A stretch of DNA of 64,000 nt from an uncultured Thermoleophilia bacterium (GCA_963702475.1 CAVPCT010000007.1:1-64000); one strand, 5' to 3'; counted from the first letter of the stretch, positions 1-10,969 are shown. The notes: generated from the letters alone by a model not told the origin. Program-made: numbers and translations.

Positions 1-1034
1 TGAGTGAGGACCTGTACTCCCGGCTTGCGGCTGCTCTCGACAGGCTGCCCGGGCGCTTTCCATGCACGCCTTCGGGGACAGAGGTGCCATTGCTGCAGCA
101 CCTCTTCAGCACCGCACAGGCGGAACTGGGCGCAGTCATGGGCCGGGATTACGAGGACGTGGAGCTGATTGCCTCTCGAGTGGGCCGTCCCTTCCGGGGC
201 GTGGGCGTAGAGCTCGCGCGAATGGCTGAGCGCGGGTTGGTGCTCGGCAGAGAGCGCGACGATCGGCCGACCTACCGCCTGAGGCAGTTCCTCGACGGGA
301 TCCTAGAGCGGAACATAGACCGCATGGGGCCCGAACTGGCCCACCTCTACGAAGCCTACATGGACGACGGTGGTGCGCGACTGCTGATGGGGGATCCGGC
401 CTATGCGCGCGTGCTGCCGGGGGAGAAGGCCATCCGCTCGGACTGGATCCTGCCCTACGACGACGTGCGCTCGATCCTCGAGCAGACGACCTCGATTGTT
501 GTAGGAGACTGCTTCTGTCGAAAGGAGCGAGCACTCGCCGGTGCCCCTTGCCGCTATCCGCTGAACGTTTGCCTCAACCTACGCGGCGCGCAGACGACCG
601 ACGCGAGGACGATCTCCACGGCTGATGCACTGCGCTTGCTCGACGAGGCCGAAGAGGCTGGCCTTGTCCACACCGTCACCAACGTGTGTGGGGGCTGGGA
701 TTGGCTATGCAACTGCTGCTCCTGCTGCTGCATGTGGCTGCGCGGCTTCACCGAGTGGCAGATAGACACGGCCGTGGTGTCCAACTACCGCGTCACGATC
801 GAGGCGAGTTCATGTTCGGGTTGCGGAGTCTGCGAGGAACGCTGTCCAGTGGCGGCGATCTCTGTGGCAGACGAGCGAGCGCGCCCACGGCGAGAGTCAT
901 GTATAGGCTGCGGACTGTGTGTTACGTCCTGCCCCACGAGCTCCTTGCAGCTGGAGCGTCTTCCCGAAGCCGCCATCATCCTTCCACCGTCAGACCATGA
1001 GGCGTGGGAAGACGAGAGGCTGCGTGGGCAATGA
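1..1034 (+). CDS. 4Fe-4S dicluster domain protein (start codon clipped at window edge)
   Basis: Frame is open from position 3 (SEDLYSRLAAALDRLPGRFP). Has CFCR, CNCCSCCC and two ferredoxin motifs CSGCGVCEERCP and CIGCGLCVTSCP. Confidence 0.85.
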   Translation, partial: SEDLYSRLAAALDRLPGRFPCTPSGTEVPLLQHLFSTAQAELGAVMGRDYEDVELIASRVGRPFRGVGVELARMAERGLVLGRERDDRPTYRLRQFLDGILERNIDRMGPELAHLYEAYMDDGGARLLMGDPAYARVLPGEKAIRSDWILPYDDVRSILEQTTSIVVGDCFCRKERALAGAPCRYPLNVCLNLRGAQTTDARTISTADALRLLDEAEEAGLVHTVTNVCGGWDWLCNCCSCCCMWLRGFTEWQIDTAVVSNYRVTIEASSCSGCGVCEERCPVAAISVADERARPRRESCIGCGLCVTSCPTSSLQLERLPEAAIILPPSDHEAWEDERLRGQ

Positions 1035-1163
1035 TGCCGAGTCAGGGTGTTGAAACGCGCGGGGATGAGCGAAGCACATGGCGCAGCCTTCGGGCTGAGG
1101 AGAGCGGAGAGTGATACTGTCTGCCTCTGGTAGCGAGAGATGGACGGATGAGATGGGAGCGTT

Positions 1164-2513
1164 GTGATCGCGGAGTCGGGCAATGACAGAAGCATGAAGA
1201 GCCCCCGAAAGCCTTCGTGGCGACGCTCCCTGGGACCCGACGCGGACACCTCTTCCACTGTAGACCTCATCCTGGCCACCGCCAGAAGGCTCTTGATCGA
1301 ACACGGTTACCGCGCTCTGACTTTCGACAGTGTCGCGCAGGAACTGGGGTGCGACAAAGGCACGATTGCCTACCACTTCGGCAACAAGATGGGTCTTGTC
1401 ACTGCCGTTCAAGACTCGCTCGTGCACGACATATTGGCATCGATTATGCAGGACGTGCGTGAGACAGCAGGCAAGACCGACACGAGCACTGTCGCCAAAG
1501 CGATTCTGGTCGCCACTGACGCTCGGGGCGGATGGCTTGACGTCATGCCCTACGCCATCCGCAATCCTGAGCTCAGGAAGATCCACGCCGATCTGTATCT
1601 CGATCTCTATCAACAGGTGCTGGAGTGGTTTGACCTCGCGTCCGCCACACCCGGCCTCTCGAAGTCGTTGCTCACGCGGTTCGCCGCCGCAGCCGTGGCA
1701 GTCACCGATGGCCTGGCGATCCAGATCGGGCTTGGGACCATTGACTTGGACGAGGCGGCCTTGGCCGTCGAGTTGGTTCTCGATGGCACCCGAAGTCTGC
1801 TTGCAGATTCCGACGAGGCTGTGGAGCGAAGACTGCGTGAAGGACGGAGAGCATGGCACCAGAACCGCCCTTCAGAGGCGGCGGACGCCGGCCACCCGGA
1901 TGCGCACGATGGCGCCACGTCGTCTTCCGTCGAGAAAGCTTCCTCGACGGCGGCCATGGTCTTGACTACCGCAAAGACATTGCTGTTCGAGAGTGGCTAC
2001 GACGCTCTGAGCTTTGAGACAGTGGCCAAACGTGCTGGTGTTCACAGGGACACCATCCGCTACCACTTCCGCAACAAGATGGGTCTTGTCACTGCCGTTC
2101 AAGACTCGCTCGTGCACGACATATTGGCATCGATTATGCAGGACGTGCGTGAGACAGCAGGCAAGACCGACACGAGCACTGTCGCCAAAGCGATTCTGGT
2201 CGCCACTGACGCTCGGGGCGGATGGCTTGACGTCATGCCCTACGCCATCCGCAATCCTGAGCTCAGGAAGATCCACGCCGATCTGTATCTCGATCTCTAT
2301 CAACAGGTGCTGGAGTGGTTTGACCTCGCGTCCGCCACACCCGGCCTCTCGAAGTCGTTGCTCACGCGGTTCGCCGCCGCAGCCGTGGCAGTCACCGATG
2401 GCCTGGCGATCCAGATCGGGCTTGGGACCATTGACTTGGACGAGGCGGCCTTGGCCGTCGAGTTGGTTCTCGATGGCACCGTTGTGTGCTTGGGAGAGAG
2501 CCAAGGCAGGTAG
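1164..2513 (+). CDS. TetR/AcrR-family regulator with two tandem TetR units
   Basis: Two HTHs (GYRALTFDSVAQELGCDKGTIAYHF; GYDALSFETVAKRAGVHRDTIRYHF), each followed by the same C-terminal domain. Confidence 0.85.
   Translation: MIAESGNDRSMKSPRKPSWRRSLGPDADTSSTVDLILATARRLLIEHGYRALTFDSVAQELGCDKGTIAYHFGNKMGLVTAVQDSLVHDILASIMQDVRETAGKTDTSTVAKAILVATDARGGWLDVMPYAIRNPELRKIHADLYLDLYQQVLEWFDLASATPGLSKSLLTRFAAAAVAVTDGLAIQIGLGTIDLDEAALAVELVLDGTRSLLADSDEAVERRLREGRRAWHQNRPSEAADAGHPDAHDGATSSSVEKASSTAAMVLTTAKTLLFESGYDALSFETVAKRAGVHRDTIRYHFRNKMGLVTAVQDSLVHDILASIMQDVRETAGKTDTSTVAKAILVATDARGGWLDVMPYAIRNPELRKIHADLYLDLYQQVLEWFDLASATPGLSKSLLTRFAAAAVAVTDGLAIQIGLGTIDLDEAALAVELVLDGTVVCLGESQGR
1381..2480 (+). repeat. 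410-bp identical direct repeat (1381-1790 = 2071-2480)
   Basis: Line-by-line comparison from gcaacaagatgggt to cgatggcacc; offset 690 bp, in frame. Confidence 0.95.
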
Positions 2514-2703
2514 TCGTCTGAGCAACTACGCAGACTAGCGGCCGAAGGAGCATGAGGCCAATCGTCATCGCAGCGACGGCGGCGCTGGGTTGAGCGGCAT
2601 TTACCGAGTCGGATGCGTGCAGCATCCGGAGAGCGCGAGCCATCGCCGCCGGTGTCGATGCACCTACGTCGTCATGAGGGGCTTTGGAAGCTTCGCGGGC
2701 TGC

Positions 2704-3666
2704 TTACTGCATTATGAGCTCGTGGAGGGTGAGGGCAGAGGCGGCCTGACGCGACGGCCGCTCCCGTGCCCGGGCCCCTTGAGCCGCTTGGCCCACGCCC
2801 CACAACCTACGCCAGCCGCCTGCGACCTCCTCGAGGGTCAGCTCACCGCGGACGAACTCCCAGCCGCCCTGAAAGCGCAGTCTGCCGTCTTCAGAAGCAC
2901 GGATCGTCTCCACACGTGCACGTGCACCTGTAGGGCTGTCACCGTACTCAATGAACGCCTCCTCCCAGATGGTATAGGGGAAGGCGATTGCCTTGACCTC
3001 GCGACCGAGAGCGCCTGAGATCGCGGCTGCCACCTCGTACGGCGTGTAGTCACGCGGACCGGCAAGCTCGATCACGCGGGTGCCGGGCACCGCTGCACGG
3101 AGAGCGTCGGCGCACAGACGCCCCACGTCGACGGATGAGACCTGGGGCACCGGCCGCGCCAACGGCGTGAAGGGGCTGGGCAGCACGCCGTGCGATGCCG
3201 CGGAGAGCAGCGAGAGCCGCCAGTCGTCGAGGAGGAAGGCGGCGCGGATGTACGTCACACTGGGGGCGCAGTCGCAGAGCGACTCCTCGAGCAACCGTTG
3301 CGCGGTGATCAATCCGCAGCCCTCGGCGAGGTGCGCACCGATTGTGGAAAGCACGACGACCGTGCGCACGGCCTGCGAACGGAGGGCGAGGCGCAGCGAG
3401 AGAGCGACCTCGGCGGCTGTCCCGATGGGGTCAGGCTCGTGTGAGCAGGTCGGCATCAGGACGAAGGCTGCCTGCACCCCCTTCAAGGCCCAGGCCATCT
3501 GCCATGGGAAGCGTGCGTCCGCGACGAGCACCTCCGCGCCCCGCTCGGCGAGGCTACGCCCGCCCAGCGACTCGCGCACGAGGCCGCGCACGGGCTCGCC
3601 GACATTGAGCAGCTCCTCGGCCACCACGCCTCCGATTCGTCCGCTCGAACCCATCACCGCGTACAC
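2704..3666 (-). CDS. NmrA-family NAD(P)H-binding protein (atypical SDR)
   Basis: N-terminal Rossmann motif VMGSSGRIGG; LSTIGAH; ELAGPRDYTPYEVA. Confidence 0.85.
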   Translation of the reverse strand: MYAVMGSSGRIGGVVAEELLNVGEPVRGLVRESLGGRSLAERGAEVLVADARFPWQMAWALKGVQAAFVLMPTCSHEPDPIGTAAEVALSLRLALRSQAVRTVVVLSTIGAHLAEGCGLITAQRLLEESLCDCAPSVTYIRAAFLLDDWRLSLLSAASHGVLPSPFTPLARPVPQVSSVDVGRLCADALRAAVPGTRVIELAGPRDYTPYEVAAAISGALGREVKAIAFPYTIWEEAFIEYGDSPTGARARVETIRASEDGRLRFQGGWEFVRGELTLEEVAGGWRRLWGVGQAAQGARARERPSRQAASALTLHELIMQ

Positions 3667-4030
3667 AATTGTCTCCCGGCCACTCGTTAGCGAAAGCGCC
3701 GCGACATAGAGCTCAGACGTTCACCATTTGAAGGAAGGACGGCCCGGCGGACCCACATCGGGGCCCGCCGGGCGCGTCGAGGTTTGAGCAGGACTGTTGC
3801 TAGTGGCCCAACTCCACAGGAAGCGGCGACATGGCAGGGGGGATGGCATTCTGCAACGTCACGTCGAGCGACAGAACCACCTGGGTCCACCTCCAACTGC
3901 CACTGACACTGCCCCGGCCTCTGCACGCAGTGACCTCGCACTCGATGATCGCGTGGGAGCGCACCGGCACAAGACCGCGGTTCGACACCACCAGGTGTCA
4001 GCCCGACCGCGCCACGAGCGCGGGACCGGC

Positions 4031-5437
4031 TCAGACGGCAACTTCCGCTGGGACTTCCCGGAGAGCTTGCTCGGTCGCTTGACCCAGCTTCGCTACGATT
4101 TCCTCGATGTCTTCGTCCCTCACGGACAGAATCGGGCTCAGTTGCAGGCAGTCGTTGATGATGACCCTGACGAGCAGTCCGTTGTCCCAGGCGATGTCCG
4201 AGACGCGAGCAGCGAAGCCGAGACTGGGGTCGTACATCGTCTTGCTCTCGGGGTCACAGACGAATTGGACTGCGCTCAGCAACCCCTCCCCGCGGATCTC
4301 GCCGATGCAGGGCAAGTCCAACTCGGCAATCTGCCGGCGCAGTAACTCGCCCTTGACCCGAGCGTTCTCGACCAGGCCCTCTCTCTCCACGATTTCAATG
4401 CATTTCTTGATCACAGCGCATCCAACCGGGTGGCCGGCGTAGGTGTACCCGTGCTTCAGCGTGCCGTGCTCGTCTATGGGCTGATAGACCCGCCCGCTTA
4501 CGGCCACCGCCGCCATCGGGAAGTAGGCGCCGCTGATGCCCTTTCCCATCATCATGATGTCAGGCTGGACCCCCTCCCAGTGAAGAACGCCGAACATCCT
4601 GCCGGAGCGGCCGAATGCCGTGATCACCTCGTCCATGATGAGCAGGATATTGTGGCGATCGCAGATCTCCCTGACGGTCTCGTAGTAGCCCGGGGGCGGG
4701 ACGATCACGCCACCTGCGCCGATGATGGGTTCTGCCGTGAACCCAGCTACGTTCTTGGCCCCCAGCTCCAGAATCTTGTCTTCCAGCGACAGCGCGCATT
4801 CCAGGCCGCACGACTCTCTTTCCTTTCCGAAGGGACAGAAGTAGCAGTGCGGCTCGGCGATGTAGTCAAAGCCAGGGAGCAAGGGCTCGAACCCATCCTG
4901 TAATCCCTCGAAGCGTGTTGCGCTGAGGGCACCGTAGGAGACACCGTGATACGCCTTGTTCCGGGAGATGATGAAGTTCTTGTCGGGCTCTCCCATAAGA
5001 TCCCAGTAGATGCGCGCTATCTTATAGGCGGTGTCGTTCGAATCGGCGCCACCCAGCATGTAGCAGATCTTCGCATCATCGACAGGTACCATCTTGGAAA
5101 TGGTCTCCGACAGGGCGATGACCCCGGGATGCGAGAACCCGTTGAATGTCTGCACGAAGTTGAGCTTCATCATCTGATCGTGTGCCACTTGCGCGATCTC
5201 TTCTCTTCCGAATCCCAGGTTGTTGCAGTAGAGACCGCTGCCGGAATCAATGACTACTCTGCCGTCAACATCCCGCACTCGGATGGCATCCACCGCCTCG
5301 CAGACGATGCGCGGCCCACCCCAACCCTTGATGTCGACAAAGGAGCTTGTTGGATGCAGGTGGTACTGCATGTCCGTCTTCTTCATATCCTCGATTTGCG
5401 CGGGACTGTAGCCAGCAGCGTCAGACATGGTGTGCAT
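4031..5437 (-). CDS. Class III PLP aminotransferase (omega-amine/diamine:pyruvate type)
   Basis: SGLYCNNLG, AYHG, AEPIIGAGGVIVPP, DEVITAFGRSG, PDIMMMGKG, HGYTYAGHP. GAGGAGG RBS before ATG at 5437. Confidence 0.92.
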   Translation of the reverse strand: MHTMSDAAGYSPAQIEDMKKTDMQYHLHPTSSFVDIKGWGGPRIVCEAVDAIRVRDVDGRVVIDSGSGLYCNNLGFGREEIAQVAHDQMMKLNFVQTFNGFSHPGVIALSETISKMVPVDDAKICYMLGGADSNDTAYKIARIYWDLMGEPDKNFIISRNKAYHGVSYGALSATRFEGLQDGFEPLLPGFDYIAEPHCYFCPFGKERESCGLECALSLEDKILELGAKNVAGFTAEPIIGAGGVIVPPPGYYETVREICDRHNILLIMDEVITAFGRSGRMFGVLHWEGVQPDIMMMGKGISGAYFPMAAVAVSGRVYQPIDEHGTLKHGYTYAGHPVGCAVIKKCIEIVEREGLVENARVKGELLRRQIAELDLPCIGEIRGEGLLSAVQFVCDPESKTMYDPSLGFAARVSDIAWDNGLLVRVIINDCLQLSPILSVRDEDIEEIVAKLGQATEQALREVPAEVAV

Positions 5438-5527
5438 ACCTCCTCTGGGACTTGACTGTTGCCACTCACTCCGTTCGTGAGTGGCACATGCGCTCTCGTC
5501 TCGTTTCAGTGCGTTCACTGGAGCGCG

Positions 5528-7588
5528 TCATACTCGGCAGCCCACAGTGCGGCCGTCGAGCAGCGCGTGCTTCAGCAGTCCGTTGTCAGAGCCAAGGCAA
5601 GAGCCCACGGTGTAGGTCTCGGCCACAACGTCTTTCAAGGAATCCGCCAGCTCGGTGCGCGGAGCCTGAGGCAGAAGCACGAGCACGCTGTCGGCGGGAA
5701 TGAACTGCTTCCTCCCACTGGCAGTGGCGATGTGAACGCCGTCCGCAGTGATTCGTTCGCATCTCGTATTGGTCAGCAGCTGGACGCCGTTTTGCTCGAA
5801 CCACGGCAGCATGCGCACCAGGTACCTCTCGGGAATGCCGGCACCCGTCGCGTCACCCTCCTCGATGACGGTTACCTCTCTCCCGCGCTTCCGCAGGAAG
5901 ACAGCGCCTTGCAGGGCCTCGATCTGGCCGCCAAGCACGACGACCTTCTTGCCCAGAGGCAAGTAGTGGTGAGTCATCGCGTGCAATCGGTTCGGCCCAA
6001 ACAGCTTCATGGGCAGCTTGACCTTCGCCGCCAGTGAGCTGATGGTGAAGACGTTTTCACCCTCTAGCCCCGGTATCTGCGGAACAGCGTATTCACCGCT
6101 GATGGCTACGACGACTGCATCTGGGTTCCACCTCTTGACCAGCTCCGGCGTCACACTCGTGTTCAGCCGTACCGGAATGCCGAGCTTGCGCACTTGACCA
6201 ACTAGGTAGTCGAGGATCGGAAGAACATCCTCAACGTCATTGCCCTTGATCATCGCAGCGAGCTTCAGGCGTCCGCCCAGAGCGTTCGTCTTCTCGCAAA
6301 GGACGACGTCGTGACCTCGCAAGGCCAAGACGCGGGCGGCCTCCATTCCGGCCGGTCCACCACCCGCGACGATGACTCTCTTCTTCGTCTTCGCAGGAAT
6401 CAGAGCCAGATCCGCTTCTCTGCCAAGCGCAGGGTTCACCCGACAGATGCGAGGCGATGTGACGGGATCCTCGCAGCTCGCACAGCGAGTGCAGCGCACG
6501 ATGTCGTCGATTCGTCCCTCCGCCACTTTGCGCGGGAACTCGGGGTCAGCCCACAGTGTTCGTCCCAGGGCAATGACATCGGCCGTGCCGTCACGCAGGG
6601 CCTCCTCAGCACGGTTCTCGTCCATTCGGCCCGACACGATGACCGGCACGTGTACCGCTCGCCTGATGGCTCTGGCGGGCTCGGCCCAGAGGCTCTCCCG
6701 CCTGTACCGCTCCATGTATGGCTTCATGTGCGGTTCAGGTTCCGGATAGGAGAAGTAGTCCGGGCAGTAGCGGAAATACAGCGGCCCAAAACCGTAGCCG
6801 GAAATGCTGATGTAGTCAGCGCCGGCCTTCTCGAGCGCGACGGCATTCTCCGTCGCCTCGGAGATCGTCAAGACTCGCTTGTTCGGGTGGAACTCCTGGC
6901 CATTGATGCGAATGCCGACAACGAACTGCTGTCCGCAGCGTTCGCGAACGCCGGACAGCACCTCGCTCACGATCCTCGTCCTGTCTTCGATGCGTTCCCA
7001 GCCGTAATGATCCGCCCTCTTGTTGAAGACCGGGCTCAAGAAACTGGCCAGGAAGTATCCGTGCGCGGCGTGAACCTCCACACCGTCGAACCCCCCTTGC
7101 TGGGCTCTGACTGCGGCTTCGATGATTCGTTCCTGCTTCTCGTTGATCTCATCGACGCTCAAGCCGCGTGTAGGCTTGCCGAATGGCGGCGGGGTGGGGA
7201 GCTCGTCGAGTGTCAAATCGGATGGGCCGATGGGCGGTCCGCCATCCCACGTACCCCAAGCTGAAGGCCCCATGTGATGAAGTTGACAGATCACCGTACA
7301 GTCGTGCCGGTGAATGGCATCGGTGAAGGCCCTCATGCCGTCTAGGAATCTGTCGTCGAAAGCGGACAGGTAGATGCCAGCGCCTGCGGGCTCCCAGAGT
7401 ACGGCGGCGATGATGAGAGCGCTGGCTCCTCCGGCAGCCATCCCCTCGTACGCCCGCGTAGCGCGTTCGCTCACAGTCCCGTCTTCATTCCACCACCACG
7501 TGGACTGTGGTGCTTTGACCATGCGGTTCTTGAGCCGGACGCTGCTCGTCAACTGAAAGGGCGACAGAAGCATCTCGAAAGACTGCAT
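5528..7588 (-). CDS. NADH:flavin oxidoreductase (old yellow enzyme / 2,4-dienoyl-CoA reductase-like, FMN + 4Fe-4S + FAD)
   Basis: LKNRMVKAP, GFDGVEVHAAHGY, CTRCASC...CRVNP, GGGPAGMEAA. Confidence 0.9.
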   Translation of the reverse strand: MQSFEMLLSPFQLTSSVRLKNRMVKAPQSTWWWNEDGTVSERATRAYEGMAAGGASALIIAAVLWEPAGAGIYLSAFDDRFLDGMRAFTDAIHRHDCTVICQLHHMGPSAWGTWDGGPPIGPSDLTLDELPTPPPFGKPTRGLSVDEINEKQERIIEAAVRAQQGGFDGVEVHAAHGYFLASFLSPVFNKRADHYGWERIEDRTRIVSEVLSGVRERCGQQFVVGIRINGQEFHPNKRVLTISEATENAVALEKAGADYISISGYGFGPLYFRYCPDYFSYPEPEPHMKPYMERYRRESLWAEPARAIRRAVHVPVIVSGRMDENRAEEALRDGTADVIALGRTLWADPEFPRKVAEGRIDDIVRCTRCASCEDPVTSPRICRVNPALGREADLALIPAKTKKRVIVAGGGPAGMEAARVLALRGHDVVLCEKTNALGGRLKLAAMIKGNDVEDVLPILDYLVGQVRKLGIPVRLNTSVTPELVKRWNPDAVVVAISGEYAVPQIPGLEGENVFTISSLAAKVKLPMKLFGPNRLHAMTHHYLPLGKKVVVLGGQIEALQGAVFLRKRGREVTVIEEGDATGAGIPERYLVRMLPWFEQNGVQLLTNTRCERITADGVHIATASGRKQFIPADSVLVLLPQAPRTELADSLKDVVAETYTVGSCLGSDNGLLKHALLDGRTVGCRV

Positions 7589-7675
7589 GAGCTACTCACC
7601 TCCTTCTGGCTCGGCGTGCAGCGGCCGTTCGATGCCGGCAAGCCCGTAGCGTGACTCCCCTGCTCATCCCAACCA

Positions 7676-8308
7676 TCACCCTTTGCCCCTGGGCTTCGAG
7701 CTGAGGATTGTGAAGGGACGGACTCGAAACTGAGCACCCATGTCCTGGGCGATTGCCCTGCATGCCTGGATCTCGTCGTCCCCAATCACGTCGACCACGC
7801 TCAGAACGACTTCTGGCACGCAGCGCAGGCATTGCTCAGCAAACTCGAGCACTGCCTCGAATGCCCTGTCACCAAGAGCTGAGCGGCAGAGCCGCTGATA
7901 CTCCTCCCCATTGCTGGCATTCATGCTGATCGACACCGCATCAACAAGTCCCGAGAAACCTTGTGTGATATCTCTCTTGTTGATGAGACTTCCTTGACCA
8001 TTTGTGTCTATTCTGAGTCTTGCCTTACTCATCAACTTTAAGCGCTCGCATATTGCTAAAACATCATCGATTCTAATGGTTGGTTCGCCGTATCCGCAGA
8101 ATACGACTTCTGAACGCTCATTGATTGCGTTACTCTTCAGCGCATCAATCACTTCATCAACTGTCGGCTCGCTTGCCAGCCAAAGATTGAGTTCGCTGCG
8201 TATACCATTTGATTGAGAACGAAGGCAGAACACGCAACGATTTGAACAACGATTCGTGATGTTTACGTAGAGTGCGTTCTTGTGCTCATAGACTATTGAC
8301 GATGGCAT
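7676..8308 (-). CDS. TatD-associated radical SAM protein
   Basis: LYVNITNRCSNRCVFCLR (CxxxCxxC), EVVFCGYGEPT, RIDTNGQG, SISMNA. Visibly AT-richer than its flanks. Confidence 0.85.
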   Translation of the reverse strand: MPSSIVYEHKNALYVNITNRCSNRCVFCLRSQSNGIRSELNLWLASEPTVDEVIDALKSNAINERSEVVFCGYGEPTIRIDDVLAICERLKLMSKARLRIDTNGQGSLINKRDITQGFSGLVDAVSISMNASNGEEYQRLCRSALGDRAFEAVLEFAEQCLRCVPEVVLSVVDVIGDDEIQACRAIAQDMGAQFRVRPFTILSSKPRGKG

Positions 8309-9271
8309 GTGCCCATCATCCTCACTCGGTGCCAAACCACTGGTCTTGACCCCTGCTTCCCCGTGTGATGCGGCTTGGCTTCGATTCACTTCAAAACACC
8401 CAGGTCAATTTGGTGGCCAAAGTCGCACCGTGACTTGCCCGACTCAGAGGGGGCTGCGCCTGTAATCCCGAAGCCGCTTGTCTGCGTTTGCTGCCCGCGC
8501 TGCAACGGGTCATGAGCGCCAACACTGGCTCTGTCGATCGCAATGTGGGCGATATATCCTGCTTGTCGTCTGATCCGGTCGAGGGATCGCAAAGAGGTGG
8601 CATCATGCTGCTGATTCGACGGCGAACTCTCCGGCTCAGAACCGGCCTCGTTCGGCCAAGCTTCGAAGGAAGGTACACAGGAGGCGCGCCCGAGCCAGTT
8701 GGGAGCTGTGGAATACATCGTTGGTAGTTCTCCGTCTCCTGCGAGTTCATCTTCAACATGGAATGGAAACACCTCAGTCACAGCCTGTCAAGCAGTCGTT
8801 CCTGTATGCGTCGAGACCGCCTTTTTTGAAGAAGTGCAGTCTCGGGCGCCGGAGAGAGCTTCAGAGGATGCCGAGGATTAGGCTCATCTGCGCTCCCGGC
8901 TGAACGGCGCTGACGGCGGCTATGTCACGACGATGCCGATGCCCGGCCGTTCCAAGGCTGCTGGCGGAACGCGAATGAGACCATGGCGCCTACGGACGGC
9001 CCTGCCGTCTTCGGCGCCATGCAGCGTGTCCACCTTGCGCCGAGAGGGACCGCACCATCGCCTAGTGGCACGGCTGTCGTGGGGTAATCGGGAGCAGCGC
9101 GCCGACACAAGGGGTCTGTCGTGGTCGACTGCTGCTCGACCCGCCTACTGGGCCATCTGGTCGCGGCCAATCAGCCTCGCACATTGATAGAGCCGCGGGA
9201 CAATGCTGCATGACACGGATGAGAGACGTCACGTTACTGGCACCCCGGTTGGCCGCGACAACAGAGACCCT

Positions 9272-9900
9272 TCACTGCGCTGGGGCAAGCAGGCATTCCG
9301 GGGGCATCACTCTGCTCGCGCGGCGGATCATGGCGACGAAGAGCTCGTGCAGACGGGTATCGTCGGTGAGCTCGGGATGGAAGGCGGTGACCAGCACGCG
9401 GCCCTGACGGGCCGCGACGCCGTGGCCCTCGCAGGCGGCCAGCACCTCGACGTCCGGGCCCGCGCTCTCGATCCACGGGGCGCGGATGAACACGGCGCGC
9501 ACCGGCTCGGGGCCGACGCACCGGCACCTCCAGGTCGGCCTCGAAACTGCGCACCTGGCGGCCGAAGGCGTTGCGCCGCGCGACGACGTCGATGAGCCCG
9601 AGCGTCGGCGGGAAGCCCTCGACGGTGCCGGCCGCCAGCACGATGAGGCCGGCGCAGGTGCCGTAGAGCGGCGCCGCCGCCGCGGTGGAAGTCGGCGATG
9701 GGGCCGGACAGCTCGTATGCGTGCATGAGCTTGCTCATGGTGGTGCTCTCGCCGCCGGGGATGACGAGCCCGTCGAGCCCGACGAGCTCGTCAGGCCGGC
9801 GCACCTCGCGCGTCGCCGCGCCGAGCCGCTCGAGCACGGCGCGGTGCTCGCGGAAGTCGCCCTGCAGGGCGAGCACACCCACGGTGAGCCCCGCGCCCGG
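9272..9900 (-). CDS. pdxT: PLP synthase glutaminase subunit PdxT (frameshifted in this sequence; start approximate)
   Basis: [39 protein letters not shown] and FHPELT motifs split over three frames. Confidence 0.88.
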
Positions 9901-9983
9901 CCCCCGCGGGTCGGGGCTGAGGCTCGGGAGAGAGGATCCAGTCGAGGCGGCGGGTGGAGCTGCCGGCGTTCATGGGGCTGCGC

Positions 9984-10874
9984 TCACCAGCCCCGGTGCT
10001 GGATCTTGGCCTCGTCGGGCATGCGCGCCGCGTCGATGCCGGGCATGGCCTCGCCGAGGCCCGACGCGAGACCTCGGCGAGCACGGCCGCGTCCTTGTAG
10101 TTGGTGGCCGCCTTGACGATGGCGTTGCGCGCGCTTCTGCGGATCCTCGCTCTTGAAGATGCCGGAGCCCACGAACACGCCCTCGGCGCCGAGCTGCATC
10201 ATGAGCGCGGCGTCGGCCGGGGTGGCGATGCCGCCGGCGGAGAAGTTGACGACCGGGCAGCTTGCCGTTCTCGGCGACCCACTTGACGAGCTCGTAGGGC
10301 GCCGGCAGCTGTCTTGGCGGCCACGAAGAGCTCGTCCTCGTCGAGCGTCTGCAGACGCCGGATCTCGCCCATGATGGTGCGCATGTGGCGCACCGCCTCG
10401 ACCACGTCGCCGGTGCCGGCCTCGCCCTTGGTGCGGATCATGGCGGCGCCCTCGCTGATGCGGCGCAGGGCCTCGCCGAGGTTCACGGCGCCGCAGACGA
10501 AGGGCACGTTGAACTTCCACTTGTTGATGTGGTTGGCCTCGTCGGCCGGCGTGAGCACCTCGCTCTCGTCGATGTAGTCGACCTCGAGGGACTCCAGGAT
10601 CTGCGCCTCGACGAAGTGGCCGATGCGGGCCTTGGCCATGACCGGGATGGAGACGCACTCCTGGATCTCGCGGATCTTGGTGGGGTCGGCCATGCGCGCC
10701 ACGCCGCCCTGGGCGCGGATGTCGGAGGGCACGCGCTCCAGCGCCATGACGGCGCAGGCGCCCGGCGTCCTCGGCGATCTTCGCCTGCTCGGCGTTGGTG
10801 ACGTCCATGATGACGCCGCCCTTGAGCATGTCGGCGAGGCCGCTCTTCACACGCATCGTGCCGATGTCGGTCAT
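9984..10874 (-). CDS. pdxS: PLP synthase lyase subunit PdxS (frameshifted in this sequence)
   Basis: [48 protein letters not shown]-terminal RGW. Confidence 0.93.
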   Translation of the reverse strand: MTDIGTMRVKSGLADMLKGGVIMDVTNAEQAKIAEDAGRLRRHGAGARALRHPRPGRRGAHGRPHQDPRDPGVRLHPGHGQGPHRPLRRGADPGVPRGRLHRRERGAHAGRRGQPHQQVEVQRALRLRRREPRRGPAPHQRGRRHDPHQGRGRHRRRGRGGAPHAHHHGRDPASADARRGRALRGRQDSCRRPTSSSSGSPRTASCPVVNFSAGGIATPADAALMMQLGAEGVFVGSGIFKSEDPQKRAQRHRQGGHQLQGRGRARRGLASGLGEAMPGIDAARMPDEAKIQHRGW

Positions 10875-10969
10875 GGATTGCCTCCAGATGTCTGTGGGCG
10901 CATGAACAGAAGCCGACGCTAGGACTGACGCGTCAGCTGGCTCGGCAGGTTTCTGCGGTGTGGTGCCCT

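Noticed and set aside
8386-9250. Short ORFs between the radical SAM gene and pdxT
   Set aside because: No motifs, clear RBS or consistent codon bias. They may be decayed fragments but cannot be supported as genes.
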